A stretch of DNA of 64,000 bases from Blasia pusilla (Eukaryota). The notes below the pieces were generated by a model. That model was not told the origin of the DNA and searched no databases. It worked only from the letters and a program-made list of their open reading frames with translations. The DNA lies in assembly GCA_050084515.1 (NCBI GenBank), contig CM114271.1:26040001-26104000 (forward strand), given 5' to 3'. Position 1 is the stretch's first letter. Every line of letters begins with the position of its first letter. Shown here one piece after another: positions 1 to 13,520 of this stretch. The position numbers were made by a program, and so were the translations under genes.

Positions 1-2116
1 ACAACCATCTGGGTTAAACTTCACTTGATAACCCTGTTCTACTATCTGTCCTACAGAGATCATATTTCTTGCAATGGTAGGAACATAGAGAACATTTCCA
101 AGAGCACAAAGCCCATCTGATGCTATTGGAACTTTACGGGTATGCATGATATGATGTTGAGTGTCATCTCCTGTGAGCACAATTGCAGAATCTTTCACCG
201 ACTCCAAATTACTGAACCATTTAGCTTATGAGATGATATGATTTGATGCACCAGAGTCAATGTACCAATCTGGTGTCGAGTGTTTCTTGAGCATTGCTCC
301 CATATGATGAGTCATAACCAAGAGATGCTCCGTTTGTGAATGTTGTTGTTCTTGTTGCTGCTCCACATAGTTTTGTTGTTGTAAGGCTCTTGTTATCATA
401 TCTGCCTTCTTTTTGAAGCAAAACTTTGTATAATGACCCTTTATCCCACAATAATTACAAGATCCAAGGACCCTCTACTTCTGACCTAGACTTCAACGGT
501 TTCCACCATCACCACCTTGTGATTGTGTGTGATACTGGTTCGTAGTTGATTGCACGATATTATATTGAGTGCCTCTTCCTCCATATGCTTGATATCCACC
601 ACGACCACGAAAGTTTCTACCACGACACGTGCCTCTGTTTGATCCATAAGCGGCAAATAGCTCACTCTCTTGCAGATTAGATGAGCTACCGCTCCCTACT
701 AGGCGAATCTCTTCTCTAATTAATAGTAGAACTAACTCTTGAAAGGTTGCATACTTCTCGCTTAGAGAGATGGAGGTCTCAAAGGACTTGTAATCCTTTG
801 GAAGATCTTGAAGACCGAATAAAATCAGATCATCATCTTCTACTATCACTCCAATGCTATTCAACTGATCAACAATATGTCTGGTATTCAAAATATAATC
901 ATGGATGCTCTGAGATCCTTTCCTCACTTCGTTTAATTGCTGTTTCAATTGAAGCTTTTTTCCTTTGTAGATGTCTAGAACAGCTTTTTCAATGCATCCC
1001 AGGACTCCTTCGGAGTATCCCAAGCCTCCTTCGGAATATCAACATCTTAAATATGACCTATCATTGGCGAATGGATCATTATTGAAATGTAGTGGATTAC
1101 TTGCCTTGCGCGTTTGTTCCAGGTGTGAACATTCAAGTCTGTTGAGTCATCTTCTGGTTTGGCCTTATCACATGTGACAAACTCCCATAGTTCTTGACCC
1201 ATGAGAAATTTTTTTCATGCGAAACTTCCAGACATTGTAATTCTGCTTATCTAGCTTCTCTCCTACGATTGCTGTTGAGGAATACTCCATGACGAACGAT
1301 TTCATTAACAAAAAACATAATTTCAAGCTTTCTACTACTCCAATTGAAGCATAGACCACTCCTACACAGAATTTGACCTGAAAATTTTCCAAAATTGATT
1401 AATTGTATGAAAAAACTAGTCGAAATTGGCCTCTAGAGAGCAAACTACACAACTTTTCTTCACTAATTGCACTTTCCTACATTGAAATTGCTACTGCAGG
1501 AGCTGAGAATGTTAGAATCGAGCAATTTTGGGTGTGTTGGAAAGCTCTTGACGAGCTCTACGAGATTGGTAGAACAAGCCTTCGGAGTCATTCTAGCCTT
1601 TGCGGACTAAGACGGCTAAATCGACCGGGAAAGCCTTAAAAAATGCCTCCAAAGTTTTATCACCGTCAAAGCTCGACCTGAAATATGCACCCACTGAGCT
1701 CTGAATAAAACATCTTTCTCCCAAACTTAAATTGCGCCTTCTCTTGCCTCTCTTCTCTCCTCAAACACCAAGAATTTCAAGTGATGTTCTCCTATAGCTC
1801 TGTTACCATGTGGAAAACTACTAAACAAGCATAACTGGTGGAAAACGGCTCACACACACACACACACCACCATAGAGAACAAAATTTGCAATGAGAGAAT
1901 GAGTGGAGACTAGTCCTATTCTCAATTATATAGGGCATGTACAAGCAACCCTAACCCTAACCTTAGTCTCGAGTTAGACTAATTGTGATTAACTAACCCT
2001 AGTTAAGATAATCGCGTTTAACTGACTAACCAAGATTAAGCTTCCCTACTTCGTGTGAGTACCAAATGTAGCACTTCAGGTGTCTCATGAGCTTGACTCT
2101 AACTCAATCTTCAATG
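1..2116 (-). mobile_element. Ty1/Copia LTR retrotransposon, 5' part (LTR, PBS, gag, protease), degenerate; runs off the window start
   Basis: LTR 1809-2116 matches the LTRs at 20050-20353 and 25006-25311. PBS TGGTAACAGAGC at 1797-1808 (1 mismatch to the tRNA-iMet PBS). Gag-like KLDKQNYNVWKFRM (ORF 1168-1392) and UBN2-like ORF 493-1023. Protease WYIDSGASNH near 235-265. Frameshifted. Confidence 0.92.
1809..2116 (-). repeat. Copia 5' LTR (copy 1)
   Basis: Ends ...TTTTCCACA directly before the PBS; aligns by eye with both LTRs of the copy at 20050-25311. Confidence 0.88.
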
Positions 2117-4775
2117 TTTTCCTCATCCACTTTATTTCCTTTCTCTGACCATCTAATAAGAATCAAGGGAGAAAATTCAAACATGTTGCTATTTTGTCTT
2201 ACGATCCCCTTCTTTTGTCTTATTGTCCATATAGGGTTGCCCATTATAATATAGATAGATGATCATGTTAAGTCACCTTAAGCGGAATTTATGTTTCATT
2301 AATTGGAGATTATATTCATTATTATTGAAAGATAATTTAAATCGTATTATTGAAACTAATTCGCTTCAATGCCACTCATATATAATATGAATGGATTCAA
2401 CCTTCCAAAATTTACACAATAGATTAATGCGGGTCTCACATGTCACTAGACTTTTCAAAACTAGTGTGGCGGCCCCAAAAGTGGGATGGGGTATTATTAT
2501 AAAAACAATAAATCGAAAATGTAAGTGTACACATAGATAGAAACAAGACCGACAATACAAAAATTTTAAAAAGTGTGTTATAAGGGCATTAATACCTAAT
2601 TGTTTGTAGAGTAGTCTTCAATACAAACTATGAGGCACAAGGAAGAATAGAAAAGTGACCAATTTTGTGATTGTTTTGTGGTTGGGTATAGTAGTTTTGA
2701 ATTCAAATAGGGAGACACTACCTAGGCCTTCAATACAAACCACCGGGGGAGACACTATGTAGGTATGTAGCAATCTTAGTATAGTATATTAACTAATATG
2801 TTCATGGATTAGTGTAATATATTCAATTTTGTACGATGTAGAGTTGAATATACTATATTAATCTCATGCTGATTGTTAGATTAACATAATGACATTAATG
2901 CCATTTGGATTGAGCATTTACATCTACGATTTTGAAGGGGTCGTGTAAAGATTGTAAGAGCTATTAATAAAGTATCTGTATGGGTACTTACTATATCTAT
3001 CTATATTATTACTGGAGAGTGCTTTCTTGATTTGCAAATGCCTTTTTGCCCTGACATGTGACAATCGAACAACAAGAAAATGTTTTCTACTCTACGTGCA
3101 GAAAAAAAAATTCCCTTTATGTAAGCAACAAATTTATTTATTTTGTGCAACACTATTAGACCCTTCCCATCACTCCTCTAGTACAATATTAATAAAACGA
3201 GGAAAGAAATGGAAATATTATTTCCCATTTTCTTTTCGTCTCACATGTCCCAATTTTGTATCTCCGTGATCGGAGAGCTTTCATCCTATTCTTCGGGTTC
3301 TGGTTCAAGAATCCAAGATTCCGATCGGAACTTGCCCCAAAATCGGATAGTAGGGGGTGTCAAAGACCGGACTATCCCGAGTTTAAGTTTCCCCTTATCT
3401 CTCTACCCGGATCCCAAACGTGTGAGCTCCGGGGAGGCCGTTTTGTTTTTGTCTTTCCGAGTACCTTACTTGGAATTAGGGATTCAGAAGGGCTACTCTA
3501 AAGCTCCCTCCCCTTCCCCTTCCGAAAGTAGTCTTTGACACCCCCTAATAGCCCATGGATGGATGTATGTGGGAGCATGCACTTTCTTTCACGTCAGCGG
3601 TTTTCCTACTTTTGCAGCTGCAGAATCATAGCTTCGGCGGCTGCGGCCTACGAATGGCTGCAATGAGCGCGAGCATGGATGCGTGGGAAGCCCGACGTTA
3701 TCCGGATTCGGGGATTCGCATTCTATGAATCTGCATCTGCTGTGGCTGTCTCTGGGCTCCGAAAATGAGCTCCAGGGTTCGGATGTCGCCGTCGTCGTGC
3801 GCGCTGCATTATGTGGACGACAATCTCGCTGATAGCTTTTCAGAAGCTCCCAGGATGAGAAGGAATTGTGGGAGGGTTCATGGTGCAGGAACGTTTCATT
3901 ACTGAGCACAGGCTGGAATTGCTTGGGTGGGGTGGGGTGCGGTGGGGTGTTCAGCATCCTAGCGACGCCGGGTAATTGGCATTTAGGGATTTGTGGCGGA
4001 CTTGTGTAATCGGAATTTTCAAGCATTGGAAAGCTCTTGGGTTTCGGCCGTGATTGGCAGTCGGATTTCGGGCCAGTTCTTTGAGGAGAGTCTGTCTGAG
4101 CTGCCGAGGTCGTTCAGGGCGTGCGGAGAATTCCTACAGGTGGATGATCTGTTTCTTGTCTGAATTGCCACTGTTGTGGTCCTGAATCTTTACCTGAGCT
4201 GCAAACTTTTCCAGCTCTCTGTCTCCCTGATTCCACACTCACCAGAGGTCCGGTGAGTGTGGACAACAGTGGAAGCTGCGGATTTGAGATCCCTGCGGTA
4301 CCGAATTGTGAAGGGGAATGTCTGAAAAATGTTGTCATGTATTGGGAGCAGATGCAGCATTCCGTGTTTGGTTCCTCCTCTGGTAGTGGTTGGCATGATG
4401 GGATCCAGCAAGAGAGATGTGATTTTGCAGGAAAGGAGGACGGAATTGTGTAGTGTCATCTGAAGATGGGTCAGTAATGATGTGTGTGTTGAACCTCAAG
4501 AGGAATTCACGGCCGTGACGTTTGTCTGAAGCTCTTAGTGGTCGGGGATCTTTACAGTAAGATTTCTTCTGGAGATGAAGAGCTTCCATAGACTTTCTAC
4601 GTTGCAATTCGTTGCTCACAAAGCTTGAATGGGAAGCCCAGGGAGGATGAGAATTCATTGGACCCTGACACGAGAGATTTAACTCACCATGAGAAGATGC
4701 AAGTGAAGATCTGCTACTTCTCATTAGGGGGAGGAATACATCTGTGGGGGCTCAGAATTGCTCGTACTAGAAACC

Positions 4776-7700
4776 ATGCACACAATTGGGCCGTGGTTAA
4801 GCGACATTCCAAAGATGCATGGCTTTCTGAATCCAGGTCAGTCTTATGCAAGGGTCCCTGAAAGCAGAATTTGGACGAACAATGCTGGTCCATGGAAGCC
4901 GTTTCCCAGGGGATATTTGTTGCTCAGGAGACGGAAAGGACGAAGCTCCACTGGCCCTAGACGAGGTAGACTCTGGTTGAATGCTGTCCATTTCCCCGAA
5001 AAGGAGCATGATAGAGGAAGGCGCACAAGCGGTTTTGTGTCGACAGTTGACTACAAGACGCATTCAAATTCAGCTGGGGGTATGAAGGATGGTCGGTCAA
5101 TTGAGAAATTCCTCAGTGGAACGGTTCCTGTCGCTGGGGCTTCTGTGAAGCGTAAGTTCATGCTGAGAGCAGTTGCAGATGACAGAGCTGAGCTGAAAGG
5201 TGAGGAAGTTGAGGATCATGACAACAAGGAGAAAGATAATGAAGGTGACCCGAAAGCCACGAGGGAAGAGAAGAAAGATAGACGAAAAGCTCTAGGATCC
5301 TATGCAGCAATCGCAATTCAAGAGTCACTCCCTCCAGAAGGATTCGTTGTGCTGATGTCCTGTGCCGTAGGTCTCATGACTGGTGCAGGCGTAGTGCTTT
5401 TCAATCTGGCGGTAAGATCTCCAGCTTCAATTCTTTGCCGCAGTTTCAGCCACATTTTGTTCTCCCTCGCAAACCTTAGGCTGGGTTGAAAGGGGGGTCT
5501 TGATGTACGGAAATATAGCGTCCTAAGAAAAGGATAGAATTAAAGTACACAAAAAAACTGGAAGGGTATATTGGACAATTTATAGACCCAAAGTTCTTGG
5601 TGCCTGGAAGTCTTTTGAATGAATAACATTACTTTCGACATGCTTTACTTATTTTCACTGTAGGGTCACCAATTTCACAATTCAAGAAATTGCTATTTGG
5701 GATGTACTTTCTCCCCGTTGAGCAGAGGGTCGTGTGTGTGCCTTCTTAGTTGAAACAACCAAACTCCCTCCGCTGAAATTGTGTGCTCGTGATCATCGGA
5801 CTCTCAAGGCCTCTGACAGTTGACTGGATGCTAGTTGGGTGACTGACACCTCCAGGTACATGAGATCCATGATGCTGTGTGGGAGGGCATACCAGATAGC
5901 GGTGCAGTCTGGTTGCGTAGTCAGTCCCTCGAAACAACTTGGCGACAAATTGTCTTTGTACCCATCGGAGGAGGGGTGGTTGTAGGACTACTGAACACTG
6001 TCCGGTCTGCTATAGAAGGAAAGAAAGAAGAGGGATCAGGATCCGAGGTTTCAAGTTCCTTCTGGTTCAAGGTCAAAGCAGTTGGAATGCAACTGCTGAA
6101 GACAGGGGCAGCTGCTGTTACTCTTGGTACAGGAAACTCTCTTGGTCCAGAAGGACCCAGTGTAGAAATAGGAGCAGCCATTGCCAATGGCGTTGGAACT
6201 CTCCTGCAGAACAGTAGAGAAAGAAAACTCTCGCTGGTTGCTTCAGGGTCTGCTGCAGGCATATCTTCAGGTGTTCATCTTCACAAAGTGTTGACTCTCT
6301 CCTGAAGTAGTGACGGAAGTAGTAGTACTAGTCTTGTCTTTGTAGACCATAAACTGCAACTCCCTGTGATCTCTTCTCCCTGGGCTGGTGTCTGTTGTCT
6401 AATATGTCATATGACTCAAGAATTTGATTCCTTGTCGCTGGCAAGCTGCTCTGAGATACCTCATACAATCATTTATGGTGTCCTGTTCAGATTTTATGAA
6501 CTGTCTCCAATCTTTCAAAGTTATAGAACTCTTACTTAGTGGCTGGGTGAAAATCACAGGTTTCAATGCGGCAGTTGCTGGGTGCTTCTTTGCAGTGGAA
6601 TCTGTACTGCGTCAAGCATCAGGAGATTCAGCGCCCTCACTAACTACAGCCATGGTTCTCCTCAGTTCTGTACTGGCGTCTGTAGTATCACAAGCTGGCT
6701 TAGGGTCAGACCCAGCCTTCAGAATTCCAGCTTATGATTTCCGATCTCCCACTGGTGGGTGATCTTTCAAGTCAATTTCAAAGTGAACAATTTACCTTCG
6801 AAATAATCACCATCAGACTCCTAAATTGATAAGACATGTACTGAGTTTCCTGTCTCTGCTGTGATATCTTTCCAGTCGATACAAAAGAATGCTGATTTTT
6901 CCATGTCTTGCGAAATTTTCTGACTTTGAATGCTGGGGTGTTTCTTAGCAGAGCTTCCTCTCTATTTACTTCTAGGAATTCTATGTGGGATCGTGTCCGT
7001 CACTCTTACCAAGGGGTCAGCATACGCCACCACTTTCTTTGAGTGGCTCCAGAAAACGACCAGTTTACCTGCTGGATTTCTCCCGCCCTTGGGAGGACTT
7101 TGTGTTGGTTTAGTTGCGCTTTTATACCCCGAAGTCCTTTACTGGGGTTTTGCGAATGTGGATGTGTTACTGGAATCCCAATTACCTTGGGTTCGAGGTC
7201 CTCCTGCCATGCTACTCCTTCAGTTAGTTGGTGCAAAGGTGTTTGTAACATCTGTCTGCCGTGGTTCGGGATTGGTAGGAGGGGTATATGCCCCTTCTCT
7301 CTTCATAGGTGCTGCGCTAGGCTCAGCTTATGGTAAGCTAGCGAGCTATGCGTTGGGTAATGCAGATCCTATGCTCCATCTGGATTCACTCAACGTAGCA
7401 GCACCACAAGCATATGCTCTGGTGAGCTGAACTCACCTCACTGTGTTTTTTTCAAAATATTCGGTTCCTTTCCTCTATCAAGAGGAAGGGGAACCGAATA
7501 TTTCTCTATGCTCTGTCAGCGCGTGAATATATGGTGCTTAGCTTCTCCTACAACATACTGGGGAGAACATCCACTAATTTACTGACCATTTGGGCATGAA
7601 TGTATTTTAACGGTGTGTGTTTATTTTTTTGTCTTGCACGAGGTCTATCAATTTTAGATCTGCAGGTCATACCTCTACAGAATAGTTATTTATCTTTCAG

Positions 7701-9583
7701 CTTGAGCCTGATTCTTAGATCATGTTTGTAGGTATTTAAGAATATTCTTTCGGTAGCTGACCATCCTACCAACCACTGTCTGAGCAGGTTGGTATGGCTG
7801 CTATGCTTGCGGGTGTATGCCAAGTTCCCTTGACAGCTGTTTTGCTGTTGTTTGAGTTGACAAGAGACTACCGAATTATTCTACCTCTGATGGCGGCTGT
7901 TGGACTCTCGTCATGGGTTGCGTCCACCTTTCAAAGGAACAAGCCCCGAAGTGTGGCCAAAGTTGAACCATTGGTGGCTTCGAGTAGTACTAAATATTTG
8001 ACGAGTATTGTGGAAGTTCAGGAGCCCCAGACTGTGAAGACAGTGTCAGTTGTAGATTCCAACAATTCTGGACCAAGTATTCCACTCTCGAATGGTAGCT
8101 ATGTCTCTGGAGTGCAAGAGATTTGTGATGTGGAAGATTCACTGTGCTTGTCAAGAGTGGATTTCAGTGAAGAACGTTTGACGGAGGAAATCCCAGTGGG
8201 TGTTGCCATGAAGACAAAGTTTGCTGCTCTCAGAGGAGACACCTCATTACATGAAGCCATGCTCACCATGCTCACTGAGAAGGAGTGGTGTGTGGTCGTG
8301 GTAGATGGTGACAATTGTCTGCAAGGCATCTTGACCTTGGCAGATATTCAGCAGGAAGCAGAAAAAGCCAAATCAAGAGGGGTTGAACTGGAGGTCTGTT
8401 CGCTAACCCCCTCTTGGTAGTCAGACTGATGTGGAGTTTAAGTTCCTAGCTGGATTCTACTTTCACAATCCTAACTGAGGGAGTTTTCTGATTTGAATCT
8501 ATTGCCTAGCCTGATTGCAAGCAGAATGAGTGTTTCATGCGCCAACTGTTCTTGACAAGTGTTACTTTCATTTCCTTTCATTTAACTTCTTTCCTTCACT
8601 CACGTCAAAAGATGATCAGAAGCCCATTCAGTGTATGTGGTCATTGTCTTGAATAATGCGCTGGAGGACATACCTGGGACATGTAGACACTGCTTCGAAC
8701 AGATGTCGACAACTCTAGAAGGATGGTGACATAGATTCTATTTCTTATATCATTTTTTCTACGAATACACAGACAAGGTGCTCTGGTGTTTCTTGTTTCT
8801 CTTGGGTAATGCTGCTTAGTGACATTAGACTCACAAATCTGGTGTTATTTATTGCAGCTGGAGGGAATGCCCATCTCTTCTCTCTGTAGGAGTGTAGGAG
8901 CTGGTGGTGAGATTCAGGTACTGACAGCGTATCCAGACATGAGTTTGAAGGCTGCACAGCGTCTGATGACAGGGAGAGGGTTACGACAGTTGCCTGTGGT
9001 ATCCCGTATCTCAAAGGGTCAGGACGATCAAGCTCGAAGGCTTGTTGTTGGGCTACTTGATAGAGAAAGCATTAAGCTTGCTTGTCGGTAAGCTTCCTTC
9101 AAATATTTGTTTTCTAGCGATGATTGGATAAGTTGATGTTTTAGGGTCCATGGCATTTAGCAATACATTGTGTCATGTCATCATGCACAGAGAGCCTGTT
9201 TGTTACTCTTGTTAAATGCTGAATAGAAGAGAAGATTGCCCAACCTACTTCATAGCAAAAGGTTGTTTCATGCTTTCTGCTGGGAGTGCTTGTGTCCACA
9301 ATTGTTGATCACTGGTTTGAGAGAGGATTGCTGATCTCTTCCTACCTATTTCTTCTAACAGCTGGCTTGCTGAATGACTGTCTACATTAATAAGCACATA
9401 CAATGATGTCACAGTGGGTTTCAACAATGGTAGTTGGTGTAATAGCCTGAACGTGTCTAGTCAAGGTGGAAAAGGCACTAACCTTCTGAAATATGCAGAG
9501 TGGAGGCAACCAAAAGGATACTGGGCCTCTATGAAGGAATCAGGGGGGAAACATTGTCGGAAGGAAACAAGAAATCTCGATAA
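4776..9583 (+). CDS. CLC-e: Chloride channel CLC-e-like (plastid/thylakoid clade) with C-terminal CBS domains. Exons approx. 4776-5411, 5856-6270, 6560-6754, 6952-7421, 7788-8393, 8858-9087, 9499-9583
   Basis: Spliced translation gives LGTGNSLGPEGPSVEIG, GFNAAVAGCFFAVESVL, ELPLYLLLG, GGVYAPSLFIG, VCQVPLTAVLLLFELT and a CBS pair. WEGIPDSGAVWLR resembles CLC-e more than CLC-f. All introns GT-AG and in phase. Start codon uncertain; the basic N-terminus is transit-peptide-like. Confidence 0.93.
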
Positions 9584-10049
9584 TGTTCTCAGATTCATTC
9601 CTGGTTCATCAAACAATACTCAGCCGATAACCTGAAACTTTAATTAGAATGGAACAGTTGAGGGAAAGTGAAACAGCTGGATAACAGCTCTCCTAGCACC
9701 TCAATTAGTAGCACTTCTGAAGTGCAGAAGCCAAGAGTGTGCCACACCTTTCATGCCATATCTTGAACATTTACATTCCCAACACACCTTGTACCGAGAG
9801 TGGCGCAACTGGGTGTTGGTGGAAGGCTGAGTTCATAAAAATGGAGGCGGGGAAGAAATACAGGTTGAGAAAGTGCAGATGCTATAAGTTGAGTTTGCGG
9901 AGGTGATGGTCCAGCTCCTTGAATGCTCCAGCAACTGTGAAGGGTTAGAAGGATGCGTGATCACCTCCACCGGAAGATCTTAGGCAAGTATGTTTTCTCT
10001 CCAATGCCATAACTCTAATCTTATTTTCATGTTGTGGCTCTTCCTTTAT

Positions 10050-11500
10050 AACCTCTATCCATGCTCAAGCTTAGACGACAAATTTAGTGCGAAAAATTCA
10101 AAAATCTCTGAAATAAAATCCCAAAATTTTGTGCTTTGTTTCTCCCTAGGGCATCAAAGTTGGCTTTTGGGTGTTGAATGGTCAATGGAGTTGTTGAGCT
10201 AGGGTGTGTCGGGAAAGCGTTGAGTGAGTCAAGTAGGCATAGTGGCGAGTGTCGGCCAGGGGAGTGGATTAAATGTGAGACAAGCAGTAGGACATTGGAA
10301 CTATTATTTATGGTTGGGTATGGCTATTCAGCTGAAGAAGTGGGAATGATTAAAATAGGATTTTGGGTGGTTGATGGAAGACCTCATATAAGTTGTGTGG
10401 AGTCAAAATTTTAAGTCTCATTGTGTTTAGAGGGAGGGAGAGTTACTCTAGAATATTTTTCCTGGAAGCATACCTTGTGAAGAGTCTATGGTTATTGTTT
10501 GAAGTGGATGGTTGTTTCCTAGTTACATGAATTGACAAGATACTTTCTCTCTTGAAGATGTACGGTGAGGAATCGAAAAGATGAAAGAGTTTTGGTGAGG
10601 ACGATGGTGAAGATTTTCTGGCGATAGGTTGACCCAAAACTCTGACCAAGATCATTGACCCCCAAAGAAACATAATGCTCCACATGCTTTTGTGCAGGAT
10701 TGATTTACGATATCTCGGATTGGAACAAGTGATAGGATGAAGGATGAAAAGAGTTGCAATTGGTGTAGAGGAGTGTTCGGTCATAATCTCTCTTGCTAGA
10801 TTATGCCGACATCTAAGTGGAGAATCTGTTTGAGGGAAGAACGGAAAGAGGGAGGAGATACAAATCTGCAAGTGTCCTGGGTTTGTTTACGGCAAGTTTG
10901 TGTAAGCTCAGATCTTTAGTGGAAGTTGGATGGCGATGAAAGGTGAAATGGATGTGGGAGTTCAACGTGAAGATGGTAAAATCGTTGAATCATGCTGAGT
11001 AATTGGACCAACAAACTCCATACATGGTGGAGATGTTCATCGATAATTGACTCATAAATGGTATTGCTAAATATAGAATTATACATCATAAATGAGGTAT
11101 CAATAATTCTAATATTCCATCTGGTCCGAATGATCATGTTATCAATATGATGGTTCTTCTCTTATCATGGCAAAATATCTTGAAAGAATTTCTTTTTCTT
11201 CTGAATTGATGGTGATTATCTACATGGTCTTCATTTAATGAAGATTTAGTTTCTCCTATGGGAACCAAAGAGAACATGATACATTTAAACAAGGGAGGAT
11301 TTCCAATGGAAGTGATCGAGAAATGAAATATTTTATTGGTTGAAGGTAAGATAGAAAGAGACCATCTTGCAACTAGAAATGGTTTCACAAAATTTTTTAA
11401 ATGCAACTTTTAACAAGGGAGCAAAAAGAAAGAGTACAACTTTCCAACAAGAAGGGCTTCAAAGTAACTTTTCAAAGAGAGGAGAGGAGGGACAAATCAA
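10050..11500 (+). mobile_element. Possible highly degenerate LINE (L1-like) 3' remnant
   Basis: Stop-riddled coding-like sequence with a fragment HAFVQD*FTISRIGTSDRMKDEKSCNWCRG resembling the zinc-binding region after L1 RT; no intact diagnostic motif. Confidence 0.2.
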
Positions 11501-12668
11501 TTTTCAATAGGGAGGGGAGATGAGATAAAAGAGTGGTAGAGCAGTAGAGAGGAATGGATTGAATTCATTGTAGACGTCTAAAAAGAATCTTATCTATTAC
11601 CCCAAAAGGTTGTTATTCCAAAGAGGGTTGGATTCTCTACAACCCTCTCCGAAGAGACATAGAGAAGAGAAATTCAGACTTACATATCTAGTCCTATATG
11701 TGATAACACCATCGCATCTAATAGACATCCTCCTTCACATTTCTGACATTTTTGTTTTGGATTCCAAAGAGGATTTTTGGTTCTTCCATGAAGGTTTGAT
11801 CTTTCCCCCCCCCCCCAATTCTTGACATGAGGGCTTAGTCAAATTACACAAATGATAGGCACACAAGACATTCTCTCTCTCAGCCATGGGTCATCCAAGG
11901 TCTAAGTAGGGGACGCCATTATCTTGGGGTAGAGACCGTGCCGCATTCTTTGTGGGGAGAGTTGAACTTGAGACTTCTTTGAAAGGATCTAATATATTAT
12001 GTCCATATGTGATCATTATTTTCGAATGCAATATCCTTTCCCTAGATCTGTTTCATAAAACACAGTCTCTAAGTTTAAGATTACATTCTTGTTTGATGAA
12101 ATAAAAGGATCATAGTTTGTGATGTTTATAATTTTTTATTAATTTGAGGAGATGTACAAGTCCATGCAATAAGAACTCTCACCACTTTTTTTTGGGTTAT
12201 TTGTACATATTTTTATTATTTGCTAAGTTACATTTTTAATGGAAAAGAAAGTTAGGGCACAATTATGCATTATAAGGTCTAACCAATAAATGAAAAATGC
12301 TCTTAGGATTTTATGTCCTTGAAGCTAGTGACATTTGCTCCGAAACTTTGATGGTTAGTAGAGATCCATAGAAAAAGAGTTTGTACAATTTTTTAGTCCA
12401 AATCCATTAGGAGAATTTTTAATCATCAACTTTGTGGAAAAATTCAACTAGAGGTAGGTGTAAATATTAGACTATAATAGAGCTAACATATCAAATACAT
12501 ACTACACAACTCAAAGCTAAGTAGGGGTCGGAATTATAAAACAAGAAAAAAAGAAGTTGTAGGAGTTACAAGTTATGGGAGGTTCTCAACACAATGGTGT
12601 ACAAAGTGTGAAAGTGACTCGGTACTAATGGATTAAAATGGAAGGGTTCAAAATTTTGTATACGAAGT

Positions 12669-12920
12669 TGTCACATCTTTTGCAATGGAACATAGGGTAT
12701 CCGGACTCTAGGGAAGACCAAAGGTCAAGCCCAATGTGTCAAGGATGACCTACTAGGAAGTAGGGTGACTTCTAAGTCTCCCCTTGGTTTGGGTTCATTT
12801 ATAACCTCTTTGAAGGCACCTATTATTTCGGGTATCTTTCCTATTTTAAGAGAGTTTACTCTATATTTGTAGAAAATGACGCTTGATCGGTTGTTGCAAA
12901 TTAAGAAGGCGACTTGCATG

Positions 12921-12972
<52 letters not shown>

Positions 12973-13156
12973 CATCCTCTCTTTGTTGAATCTCCTTTGC
13001 ATGAGGCAATAGTGCTATGGGGCTCCTTGCCTTCATAATAACTCCAACCTCTCAACATTGTGGTGGATTTGGTTTGAAAAGGGAGAAAGAAAGATGGAGG
13101 TTTGTATCTGCTAGTTTTCCTTTTACGCGATAGAATGCAGGTGTCTACGGACAACA
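12669..13156 (+). mobile_element. Solo A+B repeat unit related to the split-repeat Gypsy family at 27-37 kb
   Basis: Starts TGTCA and ends ACAACA; flanks AAGT/ATGT (3/4 match as a 4-bp TSD). Internal gagctcatcctctctttgttgaa...tttggtttg resembles the repeat A stretch at about 27304-27411. Confidence 0.45.
12926..12970 (+). repeat. (AG)n microsatellite
   Basis: Uninterrupted AG run inside the solo repeat; a shorter equivalent is at 37089-37106. Confidence 0.95.
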
Positions 13157-13441
13157 ATGTCATTGAGGCTGTGTGAAAAAGACACATGATCTTGTTGTTA
13201 TGAAGAATCGAGAGGGATTTCTCAAAAATGTCATCGAATGTACGGAAGAGTCCAAAGGGCTTTCTTTGTAGAAGCAACTGGATGGAGCACCATCTAGTAG
13301 TTTCCATGGAGAAATCTCGGAGAGACAGGTGATTTTGTCAAAGGGACACTGGATCTGATAGATAAAATCAATCCGGAGGGATTTCTCCAAGATAGCCATT
13401 GTATGGTATGCTGGGAAGAGATACCAAAACCGATGGATGAG

Positions 13442-13520
13442 AAGGGATCTTCTATAAGAAGCCATTGGATGTACTTAACAAGAAAGGATCTTCTATAGGA
13501 ATCCATTGGATGTACTTAAC
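13442..13520 (+). repeat. Tandem duplication of ~41 bp (x2)
   Basis: ggatcttctata(a/g)gaa(g/t)ccattggatgtacttaac occurs twice. Confidence 0.85.

Noticed and set aside
3027-4724. Short ORFs upstream of CLC-e (e.g. 3589-4026 -, 4335-4724 -)
   Set aside because: No recognisable domains; probably promoter or 5' UTR, though an extra upstream exon cannot be excluded.
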